Shown here: positions 1-9,515 of the stretch, one piece after another | Position numbering within the stretch: position 1 is the stretch's first letter | How the letters are laid out: each line of letters begins with the position of its first letter | Origin: a virus | Lineage: Duplodnaviria > Caudoviricetes | IMG/VR virus record: IMGVR_UViG_3300046103_002485 | Coordinates: 1 to 24,861 of that record | Reading direction: 5' to 3' (one strand) | DNA: 24,861 bases | The notes under the pieces: model-generated | Told to the model about the DNA's origin: nothing | Databases searched by the model: none | Seen by the model: only the letters and a program-made list of their open reading frames with translations | Program-made: the position numbers and the translations under genes

Positions 1-2
1 AT

Positions 3-785
3 GGCGGTGTTTATCAAGTTCTTTCTATTTTAATTAAATCAAAAATTTCATTAGGTAAATATAATGAATTTTATAGACGCTTTGTTCATCCAACAGGATT
101 TCACCTTGCAGCAGTAATGGAAATAGACAATACCAATATTGTAACTATGACCTCTGAACCAGCGCAATTAATAATACCAGATGATATTATTAGATTTGAA
201 GATTCTTCTCACAACATGACTATGGATCACACTACATTAGGATGCACATCATTGGTGGCGTCTGGTCAAACTGTTATTTTAGAAGCGCGAGGCCCAGAAA
301 CCCTATATAATGAAAATAAAATTATACAGTTGGACGGAGGGCAGATTTTTGAATGGGGGTTATCCGCTCATGCCAGCCCTGGGTGGCTTTATGATCATGG
401 GATGAATTCACAAGGATATCTTGGACCACATTCATTTAATTCAGAACTTATTACCTTAAATAGAGTAAATAATACACCTTTAACTAAAATAAAATCGTTT
501 ATAGATTCTGATTATTATGCACCCAGTGATCATTTTAGAAATCATAGTTTAGATAGTATTGACATCAGCGCACTAACTGTCCAAAACTTTTGCTTTCAAT
601 CAGCAGCGGCTAATGCACCTTATGATAGTGTAGGAAATACGCCTAATTTTCCAATAAATAGATATAGGACAATTAAAGAATTTTGTGCTTGCGAAGAAGA
701 TATTTATGATATAAATACTAAGGATACTATCATTAATGGCATTAACGGACTAACAATACAACAAACTAAGGACGCTTTAATCTAA
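3..785 (+). CDS. gp7: Baseplate wedge subunit, T4 gp7-like, C-terminal part (5'-truncated by the window edge)
   Basis: The frame of the listed ORF 117..785 is open back to base 3 and reads GGVYQVLSILIKSKISLGKYNEFYRRFVHPTGFHLAA. This matches the YQxxSxxIKS...FVHPxGF motif of T4-like gp7 proteins. It lies directly upstream of gp8. Confidence 0.75.
   Translation, partial: GGVYQVLSILIKSKISLGKYNEFYRRFVHPTGFHLAAVMEIDNTNIVTMTSEPAQLIIPDDIIRFEDSSHNMTMDHTTLGCTSLVASGQTVILEARGPETLYNENKIIQLDGGQIFEWGLSAHASPGWLYDHGMNSQGYLGPHSFNSELITLNRVNNTPLTKIKSFIDSDYYAPSDHFRNHSLDSIDISALTVQNFCFQSAAANAPYDSVGNTPNFPINRYRTIKEFCACEEDIYDINTKDTIINGINGLTIQQTKDALI
710..717 (+). promoter_or_regulatory. T4-type late promoter (TATAAATA)
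   Basis: Exact gp55-dependent late promoter consensus about 80 nt upstream of the gp8 start. Confidence 0.6.
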
Positions 786-798
786 AGTAGGAAATAAT

Positions 799-2184
799 AT
801 GGCATCAATTGTAACGGAAGCACTTAAACAAGAACTAATTCGACCAGTATTGAAAAATATTACTACTGGTGTTAGTCCACATTTTTATCTGGGATTGTCA
901 AAATCTCAATCTTGGCCTAATGGTTCAGATTCAGCACCCACGCCAAGGCAAGATGTTGATGAAGAAAATGATTTCCGAAAAGGACTACAAGGTGTTGTTA
1001 AAATCAATGCCGCTTCATTTATTATCCCTCGGCAAAATTGGAGAACTGGTGTAATATATCCAGAGTATGATGATCAAAAAACTTTGGCTGAATATAAATC
1101 TAATTCAATATATTATTATGTGATGACTGATGCTCAAGATGTTTATATGTGTATGGTAACTGGTAGGGATGCTAACGGCACACCAGTACCATCTACAACA
1201 AAACCACAAGGTCAAAACAACCACATTTTTGGATATTCAGATGGTTATAGATGGAAATTTTTATATACAGTTTCTCCATTGGCTTCTAATTATTATATGA
1301 CGCGAGAATGGATACCAGTACAAACTATAGATACTACAGATTCAAATTCTCCAGGAACAGACCTGAAACAAAAAATTATTCAAGATACAGCCAGAAGAAG
1401 TGAAATCACATCTTTTTTCATAGAAAGTGGTGGATTAAATTATACAGATTCTTGTATGATTAAAGTTAATAATGTTCTTGACGCTAATATTTTAGTTACA
1501 ACAGATGCGGCGGCTGGCGGTGCAATTACAAAAGTATTATTCGCTTCAGATTCCACAACATTTCATACTCAAACAGATTTGGATGGAGCATTAATTACAA
1601 CAGAACATGCTACTGGAACAAATGCAATAATAAGACCTATATTATCAAATTCTATGGGTATTGGTGCATCTGCTGAAGTAGATTTACGAGCCGAAGCAAT
1701 ACTTATTAACTCTAAAATTACAGGAGATGATTCAGATTTTATAGTTGCTCAAGACTTTAGACAAATAGGTATCCTTAAAAACATAAAAGACTCTCATGGA
1801 GTAGGCGGTGATTATTTTCAAAACAACACTGGGCAAGCGTTGAATAGTATGAATTTAACAATATCATCAGCATTTACTAAAGATAAATATATTGTTGGTA
1901 GCATATCTGGTGCGAAGGCGTTTGTGGACAATATTGTAGGAAGTACTATATTTTACCACCAATTTGATTCAACTGGATATGTTGATTTTAGAGAGAGTGA
2001 TACTGTTACCGAAATCGGTGGTAGTGGTGCTGGTGATATCAACCCAAATTTGAGTAAGATTAAACCCGAAGTTCATCCAAGGTCTGGTAGTATTCTTTAC
2101 ATAGATAATAAATCAGCCATTGCGAGAGTGTCAGGTCAAACTGAAGATATTAAAATAATTATTAAACTAGACAACTGTACTTGA
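799..2184 (+). CDS. gp8: Baseplate wedge subunit, T4 gp8-like
   Basis: Motifs IPRQNWRTGVIYPEYDD, YYVMT..VYMC, DGYRWKFLYT, DFRQIGILKN and the C-terminal SGSILYIDN..I.R...QTEDIKIII are typical of gp8 in T4-like marine phages. Synteny after gp7 agrees. Confidence 0.88.
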   Translation: MASIVTEALKQELIRPVLKNITTGVSPHFYLGLSKSQSWPNGSDSAPTPRQDVDEENDFRKGLQGVVKINAASFIIPRQNWRTGVIYPEYDDQKTLAEYKSNSIYYYVMTDAQDVYMCMVTGRDANGTPVPSTTKPQGQNNHIFGYSDGYRWKFLYTVSPLASNYYMTREWIPVQTIDTTDSNSPGTDLKQKIIQDTARRSEITSFFIESGGLNYTDSCMIKVNNVLDANILVTTDAAAGGAITKVLFASDSTTFHTQTDLDGALITTEHATGTNAIIRPILSNSMGIGASAEVDLRAEAILINSKITGDDSDFIVAQDFRQIGILKNIKDSHGVGGDYFQNNTGQALNSMNLTISSAFTKDKYIVGSISGAKAFVDNIVGSTIFYHQFDSTGYVDFRESDTVTEIGGSGAGDINPNLSKIKPEVHPRSGSILYIDNKSAIARVSGQTEDIKIIIKLDNCT

Positions 2185-2199
2185 TAGAAAGAAACTATA

Positions 2200-3147
2200 A
2201 TGGTTAAGACATTCACTACAAACACCTTTTCAAATGTTTATAAGGATGACTACGATGAAGATAAAGGTTTTCAGCGTATTCTCTTTAACAGCCAAAAGGC
2301 GTTACAAGCAAGAGAACTTACCCAACTTCAAACGATTATTCAAGAAGGTATAAATCGTTTTGGTAAAAATGTTTTTAAAGAAGGTGCGGCAGTATCTGCT
2401 GGTGGTGTTGCTATTAATAATAGATATAGATTCATTAAATTAGATATTACACTAAACCCATTACCAGCAACATCTATAGTAGGCAAATCTTTTGTTGGTC
2501 AAACTTCTGGTATAACAGTAAAAGTATTAGAAGTTGTTCCGCAAGTTTCTCCTGATCCTGCAACAATTTATGTTCAATATATTAATACTCTCACAGCAAC
2601 ATCAGGAACATCAACTATAGCCGTAACACCTGGTGAAGAACTTGTGGAAACTGATGGACAAATTCGTTTGGTGGTTCAACCTATAAATTCTACTACTAAT
2701 CCAGCGTTTGGATATGGAACCAAATTCTCAGCAGGCGATCAAGATTTTTTTACCCAAGGTTTTTTTATTCACGCGCCACTACAAGAAATTATTATTTCAA
2801 AATATAGCGACATAGTATCAAAAACTATAGGATTCAAAGTGCTGCAAGATATCGTCACAGTAGACGATGATAATACTTTATATGATAATCAAGGTAGTCT
2901 TCCAAATCATACCGCCCCGGGCGCAGATAGGTTTAGAATTAGGTTGATACTTACAACAAAAGATTTAATATTAGATGGTGAGACCTTTGTATATGTTGCA
3001 AGTGTGGTTAATTCTCAAATAGAAGAAAGAGTAACTGGATTTGACCAATACAATCTAATTAATGACCTGATGGCAACTAGAACAAATGATGAGTCTGGTG
3101 ATTACACAGTTAAACCGTTTTTCATAAGATTCGAGGATAGCGCATAA
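2200..3147 (+). CDS. DUF4815/VrlC-like virion structural protein, N-terminal portion
   Basis: Contains YKDDYDEDKGFQRILF...QARELTQLQTIIQ..I.RFGKNVFKEG, PGADRFRIRL and RTNDESGDYTVKPF, the conserved N-terminal motifs of the large structural protein that follows gp8 in T4-like marine phages. Confidence 0.8.
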   Translation: MVKTFTTNTFSNVYKDDYDEDKGFQRILFNSQKALQARELTQLQTIIQEGINRFGKNVFKEGAAVSAGGVAINNRYRFIKLDITLNPLPATSIVGKSFVGQTSGITVKVLEVVPQVSPDPATIYVQYINTLTATSGTSTIAVTPGEELVETDGQIRLVVQPINSTTNPAFGYGTKFSAGDQDFFTQGFFIHAPLQEIIISKYSDIVSKTIGFKVLQDIVTVDDDNTLYDNQGSLPNHTAPGADRFRIRLILTTKDLILDGETFVYVASVVNSQIEERVTGFDQYNLINDLMATRTNDESGDYTVKPFFIRFEDSA

Positions 3148-6100
3148 TGGCTAACATTAAATTAAGAATTTCACCTGGCAAAGCATATGTCAATGGATAT
3201 AAAATACAGAAAAATTTACCTACATTTTTATCTGTAAGTAAAGCGACAGAAACAGCGACTATTACGAATGATACTATTGGTGCTAGTTATGGGCATTTTG
3301 TTTATATCACTGCGGATACTTCATCCTCTGATGTTAATGTAAAACACCTTCCAAATATCTCTGATCTTGGTCTTGTTCAGATTAGGAATGCTACTGCTTA
3401 TGGTGGAACAAGTGTGGGAAGTTGTAGAGTTCGGGCGATGGAAAAATATGACAGTGTAAAAGATTCTGCTGGCGTGGCTTTGGTTTCACATAAACTTTAC
3501 ATCTTTGATATTCAAATGTATGCTGGTCAATTTTTTTCAACTGGTGCGAAAAGTATAGGAACATCTGATCAAAATTATGTTAATATATACCAAGAAAATT
3601 TACGATCAGTTGTACATAGTGCCAATAACAAAGGGCTTATTTTTTCAGCAGCACACCCAAGAATAAAATCTGTTGTAAACTTATCAATGTTTCAACAGAA
3701 AAAATATACCGTTTCTCGGTCTGCGAATACAACATCAATAACATTTTCTTCTGCTTCAGGTGAAATATTTTCAAATACAAATGATTGGATTATTACAAAT
3801 CATAACGGGCTTATTGAAACTCCAACTATAACTTTAAACGGCTCTTTTAATACAGTAACTATTTCAGGACTATCAGTAGGTTCTACTGTAAACGCAACAA
3901 ATGTTGAGGTTATAGGATACATTTATAAATCAAATGCGGTCTTGGCTCAAAAAACGCGACAAAATGGCACAAGAAATTATACGGTCCCTTGGACGCCGGG
4001 TGTGAAAGATGCATTTGTTGATTTAAATGAACTTGACATTATTTCTGTAACTGCGGTAAGATATGCTGATGTAAATGGCGACGATATTACAGATAAATTT
4101 ATTTTGGATAATGGGCAGAGAGATTCTTTTTATGAAACAGGTAAACTGAGATTAAAGAATGGACAATCTTTAGATGATACTACAATTTGGGTTGCATTCA
4201 CTCATTTTGAACATGGGCCAGGAGATTATTTTGCTCCTAATTCATATGTAGGGGCTGGATTTGGCTATAATGAGATCAATACATATACGATGGAAGATGG
4301 CTCAGAGGTTGATCTGAAAGATGTTATTGATTTACGGCCATCTAAAGGACAAACTGGTAACGATTTTACACACTCATCTGCAAGAGTTTCACCAGTTCCC
4401 AAGCCAATATCTATTATTACAGCAGATATTGAATATTATCTTCCAAGGTATGATAAACTAGTTGTTCAGCAATCAGGAGAATTTAAGTACATTGAAGGTG
4501 TTGCATCAATGGACCCAAAATTTCCAGATGCACCAACAAGTTCTATGGAAATATATCGTATTAGGTTAAATCCATTTACTTTGGACAGTACCGATTTGTC
4601 GTTTAGTTTGATTGAGAATAAGCGATACACTATGAGAGATATTGGAAAAATTGATAAAAGAATTGATGATTTAGAAGAAGCAGTTTCACTATCACTACTT
4701 GAAATGGATACTAAAAATATTCAAGTTTTTGATGAGAACGGCAATCCTAGAACTAAAAGTGGGTTTACGGCAGATAACTTTTCTGATCAAACCCATACAG
4801 ATATATATAGCACGGAGTATCGCGCATCTATTGATCCACAAGAGCAATTTACAAGACCTAAATTTAACCCCAATAATATTGGTTTGGTGTATGATCACAC
4901 ACAATCTACTGGAACTGTTTTAGTTGGCGACAATATTTTTCTTAACTATACTAACCAAGATTATCTTGAGCAAAACTTAGCATCAGGTGCTGAAAATGTT
5001 AATCCATTTATGATTTCGTCATTTAGAGGTCATGTAAAAATGTCTCCTTCAAGTGATGATTGGAAAGAAATTGGATATATGGGTGCCAATATAATTGATA
5101 ATGGTACTAGATTAAATACTGATGCTGCAATTCTTTGGAATGAGTGGGAGTGGAATTGGGGCGGCTCAGATTTAAATGGGTTGGAAGTTGGTAATGAAAT
5201 TTCGCAAACGGGCGTGACCAACGAAGACCCATATAGTAATGTAACTGAATGGAGAGTTAGAAGTGGATGGTTAAAAACTGGAAAAAGATATTATAGAAGA
5301 ACAATAACTGGTGTGAACAGAACAACTTCAACTGTAGTAAATAGGATTGTTGGTAGTGAAACTATTAATGAAGTTGTTGGCGATAGATTTATTCAATGGT
5401 CTTTCATTCCATATATGCGATCCAAAATGGTATTTTTCAAAGCATCTGGCTTACAACCAAACACAGAAATGTTCGCCTTTTTTGATGATCGGCCTGTCAC
5501 TGATTGGGTTAAACAAGAATCTTTCTCTTCGTATAATACACACAAGCAAACAGAATATGGTAACAGTCAGGTCAACGCTACAGGGCATCCTAGTGGTAAT
5601 ACCAAATTATATAGTGATAATAATGGTCAATTAGAAGGATCATTTTTTATTCCAAGTACCGATAATATAAGATTTAAAACGGGAGCCTTAGAATTTAAAC
5701 TAACAGATATTACTAAAATAGACGATGATAAAGCAATAAGTATTGCTTCTGGTATATTTAATTCAACTGGTATATTAGATACTCATCAAGAGGATATTGA
5801 AACTACTAGAGTATTAGAAGTTGTAGGTACAACTGAGGAAACCAGTCAGCGAAGAATTCAACTTAGCGATAGCGGTGCGGTAAGAATACCTCATTGTGTG
5901 ATTGATCCACTTGCACAATCCTTCACTGTTTCCGAATCAACTGGTGTTTATATTACTAATGTTACTCTGTATTTTAAACAAAAAAGTTCCACAATGCCTG
6001 TTTGGATTCAAATTCGTCCAATGGTTAATGGATATCCATCATCTGATGTTATTGTTCCAGGATCACAAAAACTTTTAACCTCGCCACAAGTTTCTATTAG

Positions 6101-7517
6101 TTCTGACGGTACTGTTGGAACTATATTTGTATTTGATGAACCAATTCGTCTAAAGGGTGGTAGTGATTATGCATTAGTATGCTTGACTGACAATACTGAT
6201 TATTTGTTATATACTTCAAAAGTTGGTGAATTTGTTTTGGGTACAACTGAAGAAAAAATCAATAGGCAACCATTTTTGGGTTCCTTGTTCAAATCACAAA
6301 ACAGTAAAACTTGGGAAGCGGCTCAATGGGAGGATATGAAATTTAAAATCCAAAGAGCAAAATTTACTGAAACTAGTGGTACAGTATTTTTAAAAAATGC
6401 TACAGTGCCAACAAGAGTTCTTGGTGTTGATCCAATCACTCTCTTTGGAAAGGATAGTCCAACACTTGTCGCATCAAAAACCACTGTTAAAGTTTCTGCG
6501 CCAAATCACGGATTATTGATTGGAGATAGTGTAGTTATATCGGGAGTTGTTAATTCTACCTATGGAAATGCAATTAACAATGGTGGCACGGCCCATACGA
6601 TTACAGAAATTGATCCATATGGTTTTGCTTTCGTATCTTCAGACGGATTTATCACAGGTGCAGCAGCCACTGCATCTGTTGGTGGGCCTTTATCACCAGT
6701 GATAACTGGTGGTTCAAATGTTACCATAACCCCACAATACGCCTATAATTTATCTTGGCCTAATATTGATGGTATAACACCGATTGGCACCACTATCAAT
6801 TTCACACATAAAGGTATAAGTGGAAAATCTTATGCAGGAAATGAATCTCCATATGTGCAGTATGGGGCGGAATCTGTCATAACAAAAACTAATAATTATT
6901 ATGAATACCCTAGAGTAATTTCTAACGCTATTAGAGAATCCCAACTAGGATATTCTTCTTTACAATTTTATGGTAATATGACAACCGTTTCGGATTTTGT
7001 ATCACCAGTAATTGATATACAAAGAGCGTCAGTAACTTTAGTTGAAAATATAATAGATAACCCTGTTTCAGTTGATTCCTCTGCTCAAGGTAATAATGTA
7101 TTGTTTGATGTTACCACTACTGGTTACGATACATATAATCCAGAAACTGATCCCCTTGATGGGTCATCAGCAGCGAAACATATCACAAAATCGGTAAGAT
7201 TACTATCCCCAGCAAATGGTCTGAAAGTTTTCATGGGAATTAATAAACCATCAGTTTGTAATGTGGATTTATATTATAAAGCAGAAATGGGTGAAATAGA
7301 TTTTGAGAGTGTCAATTGGACTTTAGCAGAGTTAGACACTGCAATGCCAAGTGATGATGACGCTTCAACCTTTAGGGAATATATATACACTATAGGTGGG
7401 GATATAGGAACATTACCAGATTTTACTAAATTTAAATTAAAAATTGTAATGCAATCTACAAATAGTTCCAGAGTTCCTGCGATTAGAGATTTAAGAGCAA
7501 TAAGTTTAGGGGATTGA
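3147..7517 (+). CDS. DUF4815/VrlC-like virion structural protein, C-terminal portion (1456 aa)
   Basis: Begins ISPGKAYVNGY. Contains FILDNGQRDSFY, YYLPRYDKL, NKRYTMRDIGKIDKRI..LE...SLSLLE, KSGFTADNF, NVNPF, DPLAQSF and C-terminal F..FKLKIVM.S.N...VP.IRDLRAI. Overlaps the upstream ORF by TAATG, with GAGGA SD upstream. Confidence 0.85.
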   Translation: MANIKLRISPGKAYVNGYKIQKNLPTFLSVSKATETATITNDTIGASYGHFVYITADTSSSDVNVKHLPNISDLGLVQIRNATAYGGTSVGSCRVRAMEKYDSVKDSAGVALVSHKLYIFDIQMYAGQFFSTGAKSIGTSDQNYVNIYQENLRSVVHSANNKGLIFSAAHPRIKSVVNLSMFQQKKYTVSRSANTTSITFSSASGEIFSNTNDWIITNHNGLIETPTITLNGSFNTVTISGLSVGSTVNATNVEVIGYIYKSNAVLAQKTRQNGTRNYTVPWTPGVKDAFVDLNELDIISVTAVRYADVNGDDITDKFILDNGQRDSFYETGKLRLKNGQSLDDTTIWVAFTHFEHGPGDYFAPNSYVGAGFGYNEINTYTMEDGSEVDLKDVIDLRPSKGQTGNDFTHSSARVSPVPKPISIITADIEYYLPRYDKLVVQQSGEFKYIEGVASMDPKFPDAPTSSMEIYRIRLNPFTLDSTDLSFSLIENKRYTMRDIGKIDKRIDDLEEAVSLSLLEMDTKNIQVFDENGNPRTKSGFTADNFSDQTHTDIYSTEYRASIDPQEQFTRPKFNPNNIGLVYDHTQSTGTVLVGDNIFLNYTNQDYLEQNLASGAENVNPFMISSFRGHVKMSPSSDDWKEIGYMGANIIDNGTRLNTDAAILWNEWEWNWGGSDLNGLEVGNEISQTGVTNEDPYSNVTEWRVRSGWLKTGKRYYRRTITGVNRTTSTVVNRIVGSETINEVVGDRFIQWSFIPYMRSKMVFFKASGLQPNTEMFAFFDDRPVTDWVKQESFSSYNTHKQTEYGNSQVNATGHPSGNTKLYSDNNGQLEGSFFIPSTDNIRFKTGALEFKLTDITKIDDDKAISIASGIFNSTGILDTHQEDIETTRVLEVVGTTEETSQRRIQLSDSGAVRIPHCVIDPLAQSFTVSESTGVYITNVTLYFKQKSSTMPVWIQIRPMVNGYPSSDVIVPGSQKLLTSPQVSISSDGTVGTIFVFDEPIRLKGGSDYALVCLTDNTDYLLYTSKVGEFVLGTTEEKINRQPFLGSLFKSQNSKTWEAAQWEDMKFKIQRAKFTETSGTVFLKNATVPTRVLGVDPITLFGKDSPTLVASKTTVKVSAPNHGLLIGDSVVISGVVNSTYGNAINNGGTAHTITEIDPYGFAFVSSDGFITGAAATASVGGPLSPVITGGSNVTITPQYAYNLSWPNIDGITPIGTTINFTHKGISGKSYAGNESPYVQYGAESVITKTNNYYEYPRVISNAIRESQLGYSSLQFYGNMTTVSDFVSPVIDIQRASVTLVENIIDNPVSVDSSAQGNNVLFDVTTTGYDTYNPETDPLDGSSAAKHITKSVRLLSPANGLKVFMGINKPSVCNVDLYYKAEMGEIDFESVNWTLAELDTAMPSDDDASTFREYIYTIGGDIGTLPDFTKFKLKIVMQSTNSSRVPAIRDLRAISLGD

Positions 7518-7518
7518 T

Positions 7519-7728
7519 ATGTTACTTTCTCAAATACAGGGCGAAAATAGATACGTTAAGGATTTAGAAACTGGGGCGATACTAAACACTGATGTCACAG
7601 AAATTAAAAAATCAAAGGCGAGAAAGAAAAAAATGCGAGAAGAAAAAGAAGAAATTCAAATTTTAAAGTCAGAAGTTGCAGATATAAAAACTCTGCTGTT
7701 AGAAATTCACAGAAAGTTAGGTGATTAA
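7519..7728 (+). CDS. Small conserved T4-like phage protein with C-terminal coiled coil
   Basis: 69 aa, G...YVKDLETGAILNTD followed by a heptad-like EIQILKSEVADIKTLL. Tightly coupled between structural genes. Confidence 0.7.
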   Translation: MLLSQIQGENRYVKDLETGAILNTDVTEIKKSKARKKKMREEKEEIQILKSEVADIKTLLLEIHRKLGD

Positions 7729-8933
7729 TGGCACGATTACAAAATGTTGATCTTAGCAATTCGGTAAATGCTTGGAGACTGAAAACAAACATTACTGCTG
7801 GATATATTGGCGACTTAGATGATTTGAATACAAATATAACTAATAGTGTTGTAGGGTCAATAAATTCAATTCAGAGTAAATTTATTATTGGCGGTGAGGT
7901 GCAATCATTGGCAAAAACCGCATTAGCATTATCAACTGGTGGGGCTGGTACTTATGCAAGTTTATCTTATGCCGACTCAGGAGGTATTGGTGGAGGACTT
8001 TTCACATTTACATGTAATCCACTTACCCCAAATGATATTCCTAATTTAGATGCTGGAAAAATTACAACTGGTCAATTTCCATCATCTTTTTTAACCCAAA
8101 TGGATGCTGGAAATATAACAACTGGAACATTAAACAGTGCTAGGTTACCTTATTTATCCGCAAATCAAACAACTTCTGACGTATTTCATGTTGATCGTAT
8201 CCCAAATCTTTCTGCCACTAAAATAACATCAGGAATTCTTGGTCAAGACAGAATTCCGAATATTCCTTCAAGTAAAGTAATATACGATGGTACTAAATTA
8301 CCACTTTCGGCTATGGACCCTGCCCTTGTTAGAAATAATGTATCCACAATATATACTGGAACTAGACTGTATAATGGTACTAGTACGTTTATGAATACAG
8401 TTACTGTTGGCAGTCCGGGAGCAACACCAGTTAACTCTACTTTTCATGGTCAAATAGATCATGATGGTAATATTATTCCCAGTACTACCGATATATATCA
8501 AATCGGTAGTACTGGATTCAAATATGCTGGTGTATATGCCACTACATTTTTTGGTAATGCCACTTCTGCAAACTTCGCTGACCTTGCGGAGAAGTATACC
8601 ACAGATGAAGATTATCCAATAGGAACTGTTATGATGGTTAATTTTGATACTAATGGTGAAACCACAAAATGCGGCACTTCTGGTATTCCAGTTGGGGTTA
8701 TCTCAGCAAAACCAGCGTTTTTGATGAACGCTGAAGCGGAAGGACAAGCACTTGCTCTTAAAGGTAGGGTTCCTGTTAGAGTATGTGGTCAAATTAGAAA
8801 AGGTGAGGCTGTTTATACTTGGAAAAATGGGTGTGGTAGTACAGAATTTAATGGCGCACATATGATTGGAATATCACTTGAGACCAGTGATATTGAAGAT
8901 GAAAAAATGATTGAGTGCGTTCTTAAACTTTAA
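7728..8933 (+). CDS. Tail fibre/spike protein with 15-aa repeats and C-terminal peptidase G2-like intramolecular chaperone
   Basis: Repeats IPNLDAGKITTGQF / MDAGNITTGTLNSARLP / IPNLSATKITSGILGQDRIP. The C-terminus ADLAEKY...GTV...GVISAKPAFLMN...ALKGRVPVRV.G.IRKG...IGISLE matches the autocleaving chaperone domain of trimeric phage appendages. Confidence 0.75.
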   Translation: MARLQNVDLSNSVNAWRLKTNITAGYIGDLDDLNTNITNSVVGSINSIQSKFIIGGEVQSLAKTALALSTGGAGTYASLSYADSGGIGGGLFTFTCNPLTPNDIPNLDAGKITTGQFPSSFLTQMDAGNITTGTLNSARLPYLSANQTTSDVFHVDRIPNLSATKITSGILGQDRIPNIPSSKVIYDGTKLPLSAMDPALVRNNVSTIYTGTRLYNGTSTFMNTVTVGSPGATPVNSTFHGQIDHDGNIIPSTTDIYQIGSTGFKYAGVYATTFFGNATSANFADLAEKYTTDEDYPIGTVMMVNFDTNGETTKCGTSGIPVGVISAKPAFLMNAEAEGQALALKGRVPVRVCGQIRKGEAVYTWKNGCGSTEFNGAHMIGISLETSDIEDEKMIECVLKL

Positions 8934-8941
8934 ATTGTCTA

Positions 8942-8970
8942 TTGACATTCTAAATTATAAGGTTTATAAT
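8942..8970 (+). promoter_or_regulatory. Consensus sigma70 promoter TTGACA-N17-TATAAT
   Basis: TTGACA at 8942-8947, 17-nt spacer, TATAAT at 8965-8970, in the intergenic gap. SD GAGGA at 8985-8989 and ATG at 8997 follow. Confidence 0.9.
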
Positions 8971-8996
8971 AACTTTAGTCATTAGAGGATTTTGTT

Positions 8997-9515
8997 ATGA
9001 TCACTAAAAGTCAATTCTTGAGTATAATCTCAAGTGATATTGCATATGAGCAAAATATGGTCTATGCCATAGACGAAAATGGTAGAGAACATCTCATGAA
9101 AAATTTTGCAGATACACTTGCAAATAAAGATACAAATTCAATAAAAATTGAAAGAATGGAAGCATACAACTCGGAAATTTTTTCTTATTGTTTAGAACTA
9201 GAAGATATGTATGAGCATAGTGGTCCAATAACATGTCATTTATTTTATGCTGAAAAAAATACTCATTCATTCAAAAAACATACTGATCCAGATAATGTTG
9301 TTATATATTGTTGTGAAGGTATGAAAACTATAGCAATGGAAGGTCATACTATGGGCGGTGAACCAGTATTTACTTTGACGGCGGGTACAAGATTACATAT
9401 TCCTGCAAATACTCCACATCAAGCATTTAATGAACATGAAGCAATTACTTTAAGTTTTGGTCTAGAAAAATTTATAGAGGATAAAATAAATAGTGTTTTG
9501 GTCAGTATATCTTAA
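8997..9515 (+). CDS. JmjC/cupin-like Fe(II)/2OG-dependent oxygenase
   Basis: SFKKHTDPDNV (HxD), EGMK, L.AG..LHIPANTPHQA (distal His) and TLSFG give the cupin_4/JmjC (ROX/YcfD-like) pattern. Confidence 0.7.
   Translation: MITKSQFLSIISSDIAYEQNMVYAIDENGREHLMKNFADTLANKDTNSIKIERMEAYNSEIFSYCLELEDMYEHSGPITCHLFYAEKNTHSFKKHTDPDNVVIYCCEGMKTIAMEGHTMGGEPVFTLTAGTRLHIPANTPHQAFNEHEAITLSFGLEKFIEDKINSVLVSIS

Noticed and set aside
5245-5325. Arg/Trp-rich stretch (EWRVRSGWLKTGKRYYRR) in the 1456-aa protein as a separate element
   Set aside because: It is in frame within what appears to be a variable low-complexity segment of the DUF4815-like protein, with no independent evidence of function.
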